From the NCBI GenBank assembly GCA_965113315.1, contig OZ220364.1: a stretch of 64,000 nt of DNA. One strand, written 5' to 3'. The translations under genes were made by a program, and so were the position numbers. Source of the stretch: Podarcis vaucheri (lineage: Eukaryota). Within the stretch, counting starts at the first letter, position 1. Every line of letters starts with the position of its first letter. Below are positions 1 to 12,755 of the stretch, piece by piece. The notes under the pieces were generated by a model that was not told where the DNA came from, did no database searches, and saw nothing but the letters and a program-made list of their open reading frames with translations.

Positions 1-3000
1 AGAACATTCATTCAGACAGCGTCTTAAGACCTATTTGTTTCGGCTTGTCTGTGGAGCACAGCAGGAGTATCACGGTTTATACAATGTCATATTGATTATC
101 ATTGTATGTTGTATGTTCTACTTTTGTTTTTAATCCTGTATTTTTATTGTCAGCCATCCTTGGCACTCATGAGATGAAGGGTGGAGTTTAAATAGTGGTG
201 ATTATGGTGTTGATACTGAACTCCCTCCCCACAGAGGTATCATTATGCAGTTTATGTCCTACATTGAAAACAAACCTATTCACCCTGCCCTTTGGCACCT
301 GAAATATATATGCTTAGGATCCACCCTGTTCTCTTGGTTGTCTTTTGCTTTCAACTAATTTTAAGATGGTATTTTTTAAAAAAATTATTTATTTTTTTAT
401 TAGATTTATATACCACTCTTCCTCAGAAGATCTCAGGGTCATTCAGTCAGGTGGAAGTGGGGATGGAGCATCCAAGACAGAAATAGGTTCCACCTCTTCT
501 ACATCTATTCCCAGTTTGTCAAACTGTATTTGTACCAATACAAAAAGGAACATCCACAGGAACGATGTGGCAAATTCAGATTAGAGATCTTAACGATACC
601 TCATGACTAATCAGGCAGTTAATCAATTCAGTAGCACAATATGTGGCTTAATATGATGAACTGCTCTGGCAAGAGTGGCAACATTCAGTTTCTGCCACCT
701 ACACTCCCTGTCTGTCTTTATTTTGCTTTCCTGCATTTGTAGAAGGAATTTCTTTGCCAGCCATCAATCTTAAGAGGGGTAAAAATAAGCTTAATGCTTT
801 CTTTTATAATGAGACTTCGGCCTGAAAGAAGTTTCTTTTTATTTCTATAGGTCCTATTCAGTGCTTTTTTATATATAGGGAAAAAAGGTGCCCGTACCAC
901 AAAGTTGTTACAGTAAGTGCCACACTATTAACGGGGGGGGTGCCAGAACTGGTACCCTTGAGTACCCCCAGAAAAACAGCATTGGTATCACATCTTCCCA
1001 TAGACTCCAGAGAGTCCCTTCTGCTACTATAACATTTTCCTTTATACATAGTCATTACGCTGCTAACTTAATTCCAACGTTTGTGAGTTCTCCAGAATCA
1101 GAGCTTCCTTCCCAAGAATAAAGGCACAAAGTTCCTGGGTTTGTATCATTCCCACAGAACATGTGATTGCCATTGAAGGGATTGCATTGGAAATAATGTA
1201 GCAGGAGTTTCCCAGTTTTAAGGCTTCTCCATCCACAGGAAAAGCATCTAGCCCCGTAAGTAATGATGAGAAACCAGTCACTCACTGCTCTTGGAAGTAA
1301 CTGAATAAAGTTCACTGAACTAGTTCAAAATCTCTGAACTACATCTGAAATCAATTATTAATTGCCAGATGTACTAAAGCTGAATTGAGTTCATTTGGGG
1401 GGTAGAATACTGAATGAGTTCATCTTCGCATTTATTCCCTTCTCCTTCCACTTCCCCACCCCCAAGCAGGAGGCCTAGGCTCTTAGCTTTCATTTTAAAA
1501 AATGTTAGTCAATCATACATTTATAAAGAAAGTTAGAAAGCAAAACATGGAGGCAATGTTCTATGGCTTACTAGGAAAATAAGGAAGTACTGCTATTGTA
1601 AAGGACACTTAGACACTTAAAACTGAATATATTTTTCGCCACCACGAAATGATTCTTGTGAAGAACTACTTGCTTTTGTGTCTTAGGAATGACTTTGATG
1701 CTTATTTAAATGGCAGGTTATGTGAACTTTCAAAGAAGTGTTAGCTTAAAATCTGAGTAGATGTTGAACCTTCTTGACGTGAATGAGGTGTATTTGAATT
1801 TGCATTTTAGGGAGGCTTTAAAAAGACTATTGGAAATTAGAGAGATTACAGTTTGGAAATGAAGAGGAAGCAGACTAGAGAAAAAGAATTGATGAACCAA
1901 GAAATGAAAATTGTCAGGGAAGAATGTGAAACCAGAGTGCTCAGGAATAAGGGACGAGTGGCTTACTAGTTTATGAGAAACAGTTGTTTGCATTTGCTTG
2001 CTCATAAATGTATTTTAAATAAACAGATCACTTCCTAGTATAGGCCTTGGCGTGCAGCATTTTACGGTTAAAATAATAAAAAAGGGAATATTAAGCTGCT
2101 GGTATGTCAAATTTAACAAAGGAACAGCAAACCTTTTCCTGTTATGAAAAAAAACGGAAAGAAAATATTAAAGTTTCTCAAGAGGATGTTTTTTAGTTTA
2201 TTTTTGTTTGAAGAAAAGACAACATGTGTTTGGCAGAAAATTAGGGGTTTTTTGCTTTCGTTCCATTTAAGAATGTGATGATTTAGGGCATTATCCCATC
2301 TTTGGGAGAGTGAAGGATCATAATTTGGGAAGCCTCTTAATTTTTTGTACATTTCAGACAATAAACAGGCACCAGGTCAACATGAATCTTAAGCATGTGC
2401 CAGATTCATAACACTGTAGACAATGGATCTATTAAAAGAAAGGCCCATTAAAACATTTATTTGATTGCTGTACCTTGCTGAATCAGGTCCATGCATTGTT
2501 TTTAAAATTCCTGCAGAAAAGAAAAGACCAGAGGCCAATTTTATTCTGAGGTAAAAGGAATGCAACTTGAAGAGCTTTTCTGCCAATGCTGAACTGACGC
2601 CAGAAATTTATATTGCCATTTCTTAAATCAACTTTTATTCTATTCTGATACTTTATTGCCTCTCAAGTACCGTAAGTCTCCATCCTAACTGCTAAATGTT
2701 TCAGTTCTAGCCCGTTCACCAGGTTTGGTTCAGAGCTAAGGTAACAGGAATCTCATCGTCTTACTAAAAATGTTTCTGTGAAGTTTTGGGCTTGTTCTAA
2801 AGCAAATGAACCATTCTTCTAGTTTCATAGATTTTATAGAATCGTAGAGTTGGTGAAAAATCTGCTCAAGGGCTATTTATCAAATACAACTGTCAGGGCT
2901 CCTCCAGACTTGCTTACTGAGAATTCATCCTGATTTTCTTGCACAAACATTGCATGGAAGTTAGGCAATGTCTAGTCATTATTGAACATTCATTCTCATT

Positions 3001-3071
3001 TGTTTATGGGGAGGTACGTATGCTATCCTGATTTGCTTGTTTGGTGGTTGTAGGTCTTCAGTCATTTAAGC

Positions 3072-3413
3072 CAGTGTTTTTCAACCTTTTTTGGGCAAAG
3101 GCACACTTGTTTCATGAAAAAAATCACAAGGCACACCACCACTGTGTGCGGAGAGGGAGATGTCAGAGCCCCGCTGCTCTCTATGGGGAATCGGATGAGA
3201 GCGGACCGCCTGTCCGCTCTCATCCGATCCCATCCGATCTGATCCCCACCCAGGACGGATGGAAAATAGGGTGGACACAGTCCGGCGCCCGCCTAGTGGG
3301 CGAAAATTTTAATTTTTTTTTAATCTTTCGAATTTTTCAATTTTTCCCATGGCACACCAGGCAACATCTCGCGGCACACTAGTGTGCCGCGGAACAGTGG
3401 TTGAAAAACACTG
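3072..3413. mobile_element. Non-autonomous hAT (Charlie-like) DNA transposon / MITE
   Basis: Perfect 15-bp TIRs CAGTGTTTTTCAACC...GGTTGAAAAACACTG; perfect 8-bp TSD ATTTAAGC at 3064-3071 and 3414-3421. Confidence 0.9.
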
Positions 3414-6400
3414 ATTTAAGCCACACTTTTTTGTGCATTTTCCCATGGCTTTCCTACCCTTTAATCCACGTTAATTGCATAAACCTACATTTTTCAGTAT
3501 GTGATTGAATCCCTTTCACAAAATAATGGCTGTCTGGAGGCAACCTTCTGCAAACGGGTGATCTCCAAGGGCAAATTTAGATCACATGCAGCCTTTTAGA
3601 AAACCCAGTGCTATGTATTTCAGGTTTCTCAGTCTCGCCAAATTTGCAACCTCCAGCCCATGCAGCTAACGGTAATGCAGTCGGAGATCCTGGCATGTAT
3701 CAATCACACCGTGGGGACTGCATTACTGTCCATTTGTCTAAAATTGCCGCAAATAATGGCTTTCTTGCACCTTTTTTAAATAAAATGAGTGGAGATGGTT
3801 AGGCACACAAGTTTTGGGGGCTATTAATTACATATCGATCGGTCATAAATTCTGAACGCCTGTCCTTTTGAAGAGGTTGGAGGGAAGAAAAGGATCAAGG
3901 GCAAAAGTGACAATGTCAGATTCCCATATTTCTGCGATGAGAAAGTGCAAACGAGGACCTTTCCCCCTCCTCACTCTGCTGCAATTTGTAGCATCATAAC
4001 AATGGGCTATGCTGCTTCCATATGTTCCAAGTGAGGATTATACCAGGCAGCAGAAGGGTGTCACAACTGAGAAACAGCAGGTTGGGTACATGACTTCAAA
4101 ATGACACTGGCCTGCAGTTAAAGTCTAGTGTGGACCTGTCCCAAGAATCAAACATTCCTTTGATGTTGCTGGTTTTACAAGTGTAATCAGATTGAGGCTA
4201 TTCCTGGAGTTTTGTGTGATATTTAATGCCATTCATTAATAAATAACTTGGCGTGCCTCACCTTGTGTTGACTTTTCAACAGGCTATAAAACGTTGGAAC
4301 GGCTCTGCAGGAAAATGCAGTCTTAATTCAGAGCCTTCTAACAAAATTTGCTAAAATGTGGACATCTAGTGGCTCCACCTATTATTGCAGTCTTCTTTCA
4401 ACATGCAACGTATTGACAATATTGAGAACTGATTTGCTGCTGGGAGTCTTTGCTTGTTTTTTCCTCATTGGCTCAGTGGATAAGCAGGGTGTGGTGGTTA
4501 TTATAGCATTGCTTGAAGGACAGAAAGTATTGTACCATTTAAGAACCGCCCTGCGAAACAGATTAATGCTGCAGAATTATTATTTTTAATACTTATCTCA
4601 GAGATATGCAAAGAGAGATTCAATGCCAAATGCAGACACCCATTTATTAGCAGCAGCTAACCAATCACAGGACAAGGCTGTGCTGAAATAACAACAGCAG
4701 CTCCCGGTTCAGTTGTAGGCATAATTTAAAGTGCTGGTTTTAACCATTAAAGCCCTTGACAACTTTGCTCCAGGTGATCGTAGGAACTCTGTTCCAGGGA
4801 TGCCTGGTAGATCAGCTCCAACACTGCTTTTAGGAAACTGATAAAACTTCTTTATTCCATCAGAAATTTTGGGGGAGGAGACAGTGAACCAGATTAAATT
4901 TCAATAATTAAGGCCATTTTATTTGCTGCTCAAATTAGGATTCTAATTTTTTAGAGTTTGTTTTTGTGACTGTTGAAATTATTGTGCAATGTTATAAGCC
5001 TTCCTGAGGACTCTGTAGAGTTATGGGGTGAGATATTTTGGCATATAAACTATACATAAGGTATAGAATCTTTGGAACTCCCTGCCTATTGACATTAGCC
5101 ATGCTCCTTTGCTGTATTGTTTTTGGCACCTGCTTAAAACATTTTCGTTCCCATAAGCTATTTAGACACGTAGTTGTTGACATGTTTTGTCCACTCTGTT
5201 TCAGTTAAAAACAACCTATTCTCATTCTCAGTCCAATTCAGTGCACATATTTCTATAGCCCACTGCAATAAAACTATGGGGAAGTTAAACTATTGTCAAA
5301 TCTGACCTGGATAAGTAAATTCATATTTTATGCCTTCTGCCATTGACAGTTCTGCAGGGGAATGTAATTACCCCTGACAATGGCTTTTATTACTTTGGAA
5401 GGAAGCAAACTCATGACATAGAGGTCAGTGAACTGCTGTCAGCCTAAACTGAATTTGTTGACACATGTCTATTTCCAGCAACAAATGGGCACTTAACATT
5501 TTAGCGCTTACAAAATCAGATTAAATTGCTAAACTTACTGTATCTAAAACAACTCCAGCTTTTCATTTCCCAAGGCATTTCAACAATAGGGAGAAGGGTA
5601 GCTCTGACCTGTAGGACAGCAATCCTGACACCTATTCAGAATGATTATACCATTCTCTGAAAATAGCTAGTTGTTATTAGTACAGCTGAAAAAAAATACT
5701 TCAGGGTTAGAGAGAGAAAAGCCATGTCCTCGTTTCTTTTCCCCTCTCCTCCCCCCCACCTGTGAGGAAGGGATAAAAATATGCTGAAAATGTCCCATTT
5801 TGAAAGCCTTTGCTTTTTTCAGTTTCACAGATTCATGAATTGCCAAAGTGGTAAGTATAACTGCTATTTTTCAGGGTTTTAGAGTGATGCAGGTCATATT
5901 CACATCACACATTTAAAGCGCATGGCTTACCTCCCAAATAATCCTAGGAACTGTAGTTTATTAAAGATGCTAGGAACTGAAGCTCTCTGAGAGGTACTGT
6001 TGCATGTCATCCCAATCTCCAAGCAGTGCAAGATTCTAGGAGTTCCAGTCAATGATCCAGGGTTCGGTTTCCTATGAATGAGGGACAGTGGAGACTGTGA
6101 TCTTTAGGATATATGGTTTATTTACACCTATATACAACCTGAGCCTATGGTAGAGGGACTCACAACATTAACATTCCAAGAAGGTTGTGTTTCTCCTAAA
6201 CCCAAATCTTGGATTACAGCAGAAATCAGGCATGGTTGTGGCTCTCAGCTGCCCAGCCTGCTTCTAGCTCTCACACACAACTCTGGTTTTTGTACTTCTA
6301 ACCAACAGGCAGTTAAGGGAGCGGGATCCAACCATTTGCTTTCTGCCACATAGCCACTTCCTTTGCTATCTTAATGACCTACACATGAGCCATTACTAAG

Positions 6401-6684
6401 AAGTTTGTCAGACTATTCGAGCGATTGAATCTTTGTTGGATCCAGGAATTGGAAGGGCCTCAGGCATGCAGCCTATTCCATCCCAACAATACAGTTCCCA
6501 TGATTATTTTGGGGAAGTTGGGTGCTTTAAATATGTGGTGTGGATGTGACCAGATATGCTATTTAAAAAATAAAAAATAAAGGTCCCCTCAAAAATTTGC
6601 TTTAAAATGGTAGGGATAGTGGAGTTACATATCATCAACAATATCTAGATCTCTATGGTCGGAGCAGGGGGATAAGAAAGTTTA

Positions 6685-6975
6685 TCAAGCGGAATTGACT
6701 ATGAAACTAAGAGGAGGAGACGACAACTAATTTAAGGAAGAATGGAAGATGTTTATTGCATATTTACAGAAGCAATGTACACATTAGCAGGGTTTTAAGA
6801 TTACTTGTAATTTTGTTAGGAATGGATACTAGGGATTTTAATAGGTTAAAATTTAACAACAGACATGCAGTAGAACCAAGGAAGGGATTAGAGGGAAGTC
6901 AATTTGTTTTGCTTTTGTATTGTTCTTGTTTTTATTTTTGTTATTTTTGGAAAATCAATAAAATGTTACTTTAAA
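6685..6975 (+). mobile_element. Probable degenerate L1-type LINE 3' end
   Basis: Residual frame ...AELTMKLRGGDDN*FKEEWKMFIAYLQKQC resembles the L1 ORF2 C-terminus; followed by a T-rich UTR and AATAAA; boundaries approximate. Confidence 0.4.
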
Positions 6976-7037
6976 TATATATATGATTAAGTTTATCAAG
7001 CAGTAATACTACATACAATAGGAAAGTCCTATCTTGT

Positions 7038-7436
7038 CATAGAATCTTGAGAGTTGGAAGGGACCTCAATGGTCATCTAGTCCAACCTCCTGCAATTCAG
7101 GAATCTCAGCTAAAGCATCCATGACAGATGACAATCCAACCTCTGCTTTAAAATCTCCAAGGAAGGAGAGTCCACCATGTGTTGTGGGAGTCTGTTCCAC
7201 TGCTGAACAGCTCTTAGTTTCAGAAAGTTTTTCCGGATGTTTAGTTGGATTCTCCTTTCTTGCAACTTGAAGCCATTGGTTCAAGTCCTACTCTCCAGAG
7301 CAGGAGAAAACAAGCAGGCTCCCTCTTCTGTCTGACAGCCCTTAAGATATTTGAAGATGGCTATCATATCTCCTCTCACTCTCCTCTTCTCCAGGCTAAA
7401 CATACCTAGCTTCTTCAAGCGCTCCTCATAAGGCTT
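7038..7436 (-). mobile_element. CR1 LINE 3' fragment
   Basis: Minus strand encodes CR1 ORF2 C-terminal-like PYEERLKKLGMFSLEKRRVRGDMIAIFKYLKG and ends in the CR1 tail GGTTGGACTAGATGACC...GGTCCCTTCCAAC...ATTCTATG; possible TSD CTTGTCA. Confidence 0.85.
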
Positions 7437-7777
7437 GTCAGTTGCCCAAGAATCTACAGAGCGGCCTATGCTGAAAAGCAGACTCCTCCAATAAGCAAAT
7501 GTAAGAAGTGCTGGTTTTGTTTTTCAAATACCTTTCAACCAGCACCCATTTTGCCCTACACTGCACATCGTTCCTTAACCGACATGGTTGAACAGGTTGA
7601 TGTGGAGAAAGAAGAGGGAACTCCCTTGGGAAATGGAGGATTCTTAAACTTAGCTGCCACCTTTCAAAAATAAGGTCTGCCACTTCTGCCACGGAACAAG
7701 AGGAAGCGGGGAGAGGAGCATGAACGCTGATGCTGCCATTCTTTTACACCCAGTACTTAAGAGCAGACACGCTACCC

Positions 7778-8027
7778 CATGGGTACGCAACCTAAGGCCC
7801 GGGGGCCAGATCCAGCCCAATTGCCTTCAAAATCCAGCCCACGGACAGTCCAGGAATCAGCGTGTTTTTACATGAGTAGAATGTGTGCTTTTATTTAAAA
7901 TGCATCTCTGGGTTATTTGTGGGGTATGGGAATTAGTTCATTTTTTTCCCCAAAATACAGTCCGGCCCCCCACAAGGTCTGGGGAACAGTGGACCGGCCC
8001 CCTGATGAAAACCTTTGCTGACCCCTG
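7778..8027. mobile_element. hAT-Charlie (OC1-like) MITE
   Basis: Ends CATGGGTACGCAAC...TTTGCTGACCCCTG; 8-bp TSD CGCTACCC/CGCTATCC (7/8 match); subterminal TAGTCCGGCCC...GGACCGGCCCCCTG-like sequence resembles OposCharlie-type ends. Confidence 0.75.
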
Positions 8028-8339
8028 CGCTATCCTATCTACATTCATGCGGGAGCAAAGCCCACATAGCAGACGTGTCCAGGATTGGCAGAGTCTGGGC
8101 CACTTTGGAATAATCTGCAACAGAATCCCACAATTCTCAGGCGCAAACCCCACTCTGTTCAACGGGGGCGTATTCTCAGGCGCTGGGGGTTGCAGCCTAC
8201 AATCTTCAGGCACCAAGTGGGGTGGCCCTTTCCAGGGTGCCCCCCCCCCCCACCCAAGCGCTTGGGAATCAACTTCCGACTGGGGCAGGGGGAGGAGTTC
8301 CGACTTCTTAACAATATTCCCAGCACCAAGGTAGAAAGA

Positions 8340-8900
8340 TTACAGAGCGCATGCGTTTTCTTTCCCCCACCCCCTCCCTCTTTACGCGTTGCCGATTGGC
8401 TGCGTAGTTTTCGATTCGTCCTATTGCCGCAGCGCAACGAGCCAACGTTACGACGTTCCTATATGTAGACCTCCGGTTCCCAATCGCAGCGTGGAGAGTC
8501 TGCCATATGCGGGGAAACGATAGCGGGGATTAGTGCAAGAACCGAAGAACGACACCCTGAACGTTAGAGGCTTCCTTGCTAGGGTAGGACTTTGGGAGAA
8601 ACAGCTAAAGAGAGAGGCTCACTCTGTGAGCAGCATTGCCTGGATAAGCATGACGATGGCCATTTTACTTTAAAGTCTGAATTTAAGGCTGCACCTCTTC
8701 TACTCTTGCTTCACGTATGGAGGACGCGGGTAAGAACCGGAAGTAATGGTTACATGGCACGCTTCGTTTTATTTTTACCTCTTTGGAAGCAAGAGGCCTT
8801 TCCTCCTTCCTTTCTGCATGTGCGGCGGGGGAAGAGCCGCTTGCATCCTTTCCGCTGCTCGGGTTCAGTTCGCTGCTAGTGGCCAGAGAGGTGCTTTGGT
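8340..8900 (+). promoter_or_regulatory. TSEN2: CpG-rich putative TSEN2 promoter / non-coding first exon
   Basis: CpG enrichment; NRF1-like GCGCATGCGT at 8347-8356; CCAAT boxes at 8395-8399 (ATTGG) and 8480-8484; ETS CCGGAAGT at 8737-8744; candidate donor CGG|GTAAGA at 8729/8730. Confidence 0.65.
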
Positions 8901-10472
8901 TAACCTTCTTTGCAAGAGGGGAGAAGAGCCAGCCAGTTAACTGCGAGCTTTGTGCGGGGAGCTGTCAAGAGCTTTTTCTCCCTCCCATTTGTCTCTTAGG
9001 CAGAAGTGGGGCTTGGCAGGGGGTTGGAGGAGATGCCCCACAGGGTCCCTTCCACACAAACCCTCCCGCTTCCAGAGCCCTCTCGTTGGGTGTGCTTGTG
9101 CCGAGGAGGGTGTCCCCAGTGTACAGTGTCCCTCTTTGCCTTTTGTCCTCAGGAAAGGGAGAGAGGGACGCAAACATCCCGGGATCCTTCTGTGTCCTCT
9201 GTTTCTCTCTCTCCCCACCCCAAGTCCAAAGGGGCCACTGCTTGCTTTGCTTGTCATTTTTATCGTATACTTTAGAGGAGGCATTGTTTTGCTGAGCGTG
9301 TGCTCAGCATGCCTGCCACTTTCCCACTTTAAAAAAAGCCTCTCTGGGTGACTTACAAGGTAATTGAAACCCTCAAGAGAACAAATAACATATTTTAAAT
9401 TTCTGCACAGTTTTGGAACTAGACTAGCACAATAAAATCCCAGAGTTGGCCAGTCTCAGAAATATGGCAGGGCCAGATAAGTCTTCAACATTTCTAAAAA
9501 TTTCAGTGGAGTGGGTCTATCTTGGGGGAGAGTTATATAATTTATTAATAATAATAATATAAAGGCACCACCACAAAAAGGCAGGTCAGTCATGCCCCAA
9601 TTGGTGATGGTGGAGGCACTGGCACCCAAAGTGTGTCTTCAGCTAATTATTCAGGGAGGGGGAAATAATGGAAGACAGTAATTCTTTATGCAGCATGCCA
9701 AAATGTACTTTACGCAAAAGCTCTCTTTGTATGATAACATCTTTTTGTGGGTGTGGATAAAGGCAAGGCAGGCGATGGAGCTTAAACTACCACCACTTTT
9801 GGGGACTGCCAGTCCCTGTTGAGAAGAACTATCAAGGTACCCCATGCCGGAAAATATTTTTCAGTGTAAAAACAACTAAATGGATACATAAAGAAAGCTC
9901 AAGAAAATGAGTTAAGACACTTGGTACAGAAGAGAGTGCAAACACTCCCAGAGTCTTTCCCGAATATGTGTGTTGTAATTTTGTTTGGTTTTAGCGCTTT
10001 GAGTTCCTGATAAAATACTACCGTCATATTCTACCCTTTCAGTATTCCAGCTCTTAGAGTCTTCCAATGTGTTAAGCCTTTTTGGCCTGTGTAACCCAAG
10101 GTGAATAGTTTACAAGGCCTCACTGCTCACCAAGAAGTAACCCCAGTAAGTTGTCTTGCGTTAATCTGGAATAACAGATGGGAAGAGGCTGTTTCTGCAG
10201 GAATACTAAGACCGTGAATCCCATGAGTTACTGTGTATATTTGAGAATCAAGGCACGAGTATGTATATTTCCAGAAAGAGTTTGAGTTGGTGTCCTGCTT
10301 TTATGCCACTGAAATCAATTGTTCTGACCAATTCAAGGGAAAGAATGTTACTTTAATGGTTCATCAAGCATACCTAATAAGTGTCTGACTTAAAAAATAT
10401 TTCACAAGTTTTTCTTCCCTTTCTGTTCTTTGTCCTTAGATGACTGTTGTTAAAGTAGAAGGATAATACAAA

Positions 10473-10661
10473 ATGGCAGAAGCAATTTTCCATCCCCCAA
10501 GACGGAAGAGAAGAGTATATGAATCATATAATTCTCCGTTTCCTATTTCTTCCACCGGAGAGGGAATTTACGGAAGAGATTTCCAAATATGCCAGGCTGA
10601 AATTTTAAATAATAATGTAATTGTGAAGAATCCTGAAGATATAGAACATCTATATAGTATG
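10473..10661 (+). CDS. TSEN2: tRNA-splicing endonuclease subunit Sen2, coding exon 1
   Basis: MAEAIFHPPRRKRRVYESY... matches the TSEN2 N-terminus; acceptor ccttag at 10439; donor GT at 10662; 189 nt. Confidence 0.95.
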
Positions 10662-11051
10662 GTATTCTTGACTTTTGTTTATCTGTCTAATGCATGACGC
10701 TTCTGACATTGAAAAGATTCACCTTGGTTGCCAACACAATGGATTTTTTAAAATGTAATTAATATTCCGAACCAAATAATTGTCAATCTAGTTAAAATAC
10801 TGTGTATGTGTGAAGGTGTGAGGTGGGGAGGGGCAAATCAGTCAAATAATCACATGGGTCCTGTATTTCTATCTGGAATGGTTGAGAAGGCATCAACAGC
10901 AAAATAAGGTTTATATTCATGAGCACTATACTGTACTGGATTGTGTGTTTCATAGAAACTTGCTAGTCTGTGCTTCTCTTTTAAAGCCATCCCTGCTGGT
11001 GGCCCTCAATACAATTTGTGGGAATGAATTCAATAGCTTTTAAGCACTATA

Positions 11052-11931
11052 CAGTGGTACCCCGCAAGATGAACGCCTCGCAAAACGAAAGGTTTTTTCG
11101 TTTTCGAGTTGCCTCGCAAGACGAATTTCCCTATGGGCTTGCTTCGCAAAACGAAGCTTGCCCCGGGGACAGCGGGTCTTCTCTTTTGAAGCAAGGGGCG
11201 GCGGGGAGAAGCGATCTTCTCCCCGCAGCCCCAGGTCCGGGGACAGCGGGAAGCGCTTCCCGCTGCCCCCGGACCTCTTTTGAAGCAAGGGGCTGCGGGG
11301 AGATCGCTTCTCCCGGTGCTCCGAAGCCGGGCGGGGGGGCGGGAACACCTTCCCCCACCGCGCCGCTTCGGAACGGTGCTCCGAAGCGGGGCGGGGGGGC
11401 GGGAACACCTTCCCCCACCGCCCGGGTTCGGAACGGTGCTCCGAAGCGGGGCGGGGGGGCGGGAACACCTTCCCCCACCGCCCCGCTTCGGAACGGTGCT
11501 CTGAAGCGGGGCGGGGGGGCGGGAACACCTTCTGAAGGCTGGCGGGGGGCAAAAGTCTTTGTCCCCCCTGCCTGCCTTCCCAGGGGCTTTTAAATCGCCC
11601 CGGACAGCGGATAAGTCCTCCGCTGTCCGGGGCGATTTTAAAATGCCGCCCGCCAGCATTTTAAGATTGCCCGGACAGCGGAGAAGTCCTCCGCTGTCCC
11701 AGGGTTTTTTAAAATGCTGGGGGTGGGAAGAAAAGCCCTTGTCCCCCCCCAGCCTTCAGAAGAGGTCCGGGGACAGACTGTCCCCGGACCTGGTCTGAAG
11801 GCGGTTTCCCTAGGAACGCATTAATTGATTTTCAATGCATTCCTATGGGAAACCGTGCATCGCAAGACGAAAAACTCGCAAGACGAAGAGACTTGCGGAA
11901 CGAATTAATTTCGTCTTGCGAGGCACCACTG
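11052..11931. mobile_element. Tc1/mariner (Tigger/pogo-like) non-autonomous element with an internal minisatellite
   Basis: TA TSD; TIRs CAGTGGTACCCCGCAAGATGAA...TTCGTCTTGCGAGGCACCACTG. Confidence 0.85.
11315..11531. repeat. GC-rich 60-bp tandem repeat (~3.6 copies)
   Basis: Unit GGTGCTCCGAAGCGGGGCGGGGGGGCGGGAACACCTTCCCCCACCGCCCCGCTTCGGAAC repeats with a 60-nt period. Confidence 0.95.
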
Positions 11932-12238
11932 TATGCCTATTTATTTTGCCTGTCCTGAATCTTCCAACACTCAGCTTCATTGGATGTCCACAAGTTCCTG
12001 TTATGAGAGGAGGAGAAAACCTTTTCCTAATCCACTTTCTCCACACTACATAGAAGATAACTTGTCTTCAGCATCAGAGTAACTGCGCTCAGAGAGCTTG
12101 TGTTTATTGACTGACTTTCATACATGCTGGAAGCTTTCTAGTTTAAAAAGATATGACAGTGTGTGTGATCAATAACGCAAAGAATATCAAATGCACAATT
12201 GTGGAACTGTTGGTAACACAGATGTCTCATTTTTCTAG

Positions 12239-12320
12239 GGATTTTTTGGGAAAGGTATTCTTTCCAGAAGTCGGCCGGAATACAATATTTCAGATCCTAC
12301 GTTGGTTGCTAAGTGGCAAG
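12239..12320 (+). CDS. TSEN2: TSEN2 coding exon 2
   Basis: [27 protein letters not shown]; ag/gtaagc boundaries; 82 nt. Confidence 0.95.
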
Positions 12321-12507
12321 GTAAGCTAGTCTGAAACTGAATTAAAGGCATAAAATGTGCATAATGAACTCTTTTGATTGGCTCAGTTTTTGGTCCTTAA
12401 ACCCTTAAGGCCCTGGAAAACAGCATTTGCAGACACAATATTGCAGCAAATGTTGTTTGGATTCCTCTTATGCAGAGAGGGTAGCCAGGAAGACAGATAT
12501 ATTTTTC

Positions 12508-12755
12508 TGTGGTGTAGTGGTTAAGAGCGGTAGACTCGTAATCTGGTGAACTGGGTTTGCTTCCCCGCTCCTCCACATGCAGCTGCTGGGTGACCTTGGG
12601 CCAGTCACACTTCTGTGAAGTCTCTCAGCCCCACTCACCTCACAGAGTGTTTGTTGTGGGGGAGGAAGGGAAAGGAGAATGTTAGCCGCTCTGAGACTCC
12701 TTAAAGGGAGTGAAAGGCGGGATATCAAATCCAAACTCTTCCTCTTCTTCTTCTT
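12508..12755 (+). mobile_element. tRNA-derived CORE/MIR-like SINE with (CTT)n tail (Squam3-like)
   Basis: A-box-like TGGTGTAGTGG; core GGGTGACCTTGGGCCAGTCAC; L2-like tail; CTT repeat end. Confidence 0.75.

Noticed and set aside
1-8300. PPARG 3' exons, expected upstream of TSEN2 by synteny
   Set aside because: No PPARG-like coding sequence (e.g. a LHPLLQEIYKDLY-type C-terminus) was found by eye or in the ORF track; probably outside the window
7885-9351. Cluster of 90-170-aa ORFs
   Set aside because: GC-rich promoter region and MITE sequence with few stop codons; no homology or splice support
11315-11531. CRISPR-like array of palindromic repeats
   Set aside because: Head-to-tail units with no unique spacers, no cas genes, and a vertebrate intron context
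11018-11798. Long overlapping ORFs (191, 209 and 170 aa) on both strands
   Set aside because: Produced by a GC-rich 60-bp tandem repeat inside a TA-flanked MITE; no recognisable domain
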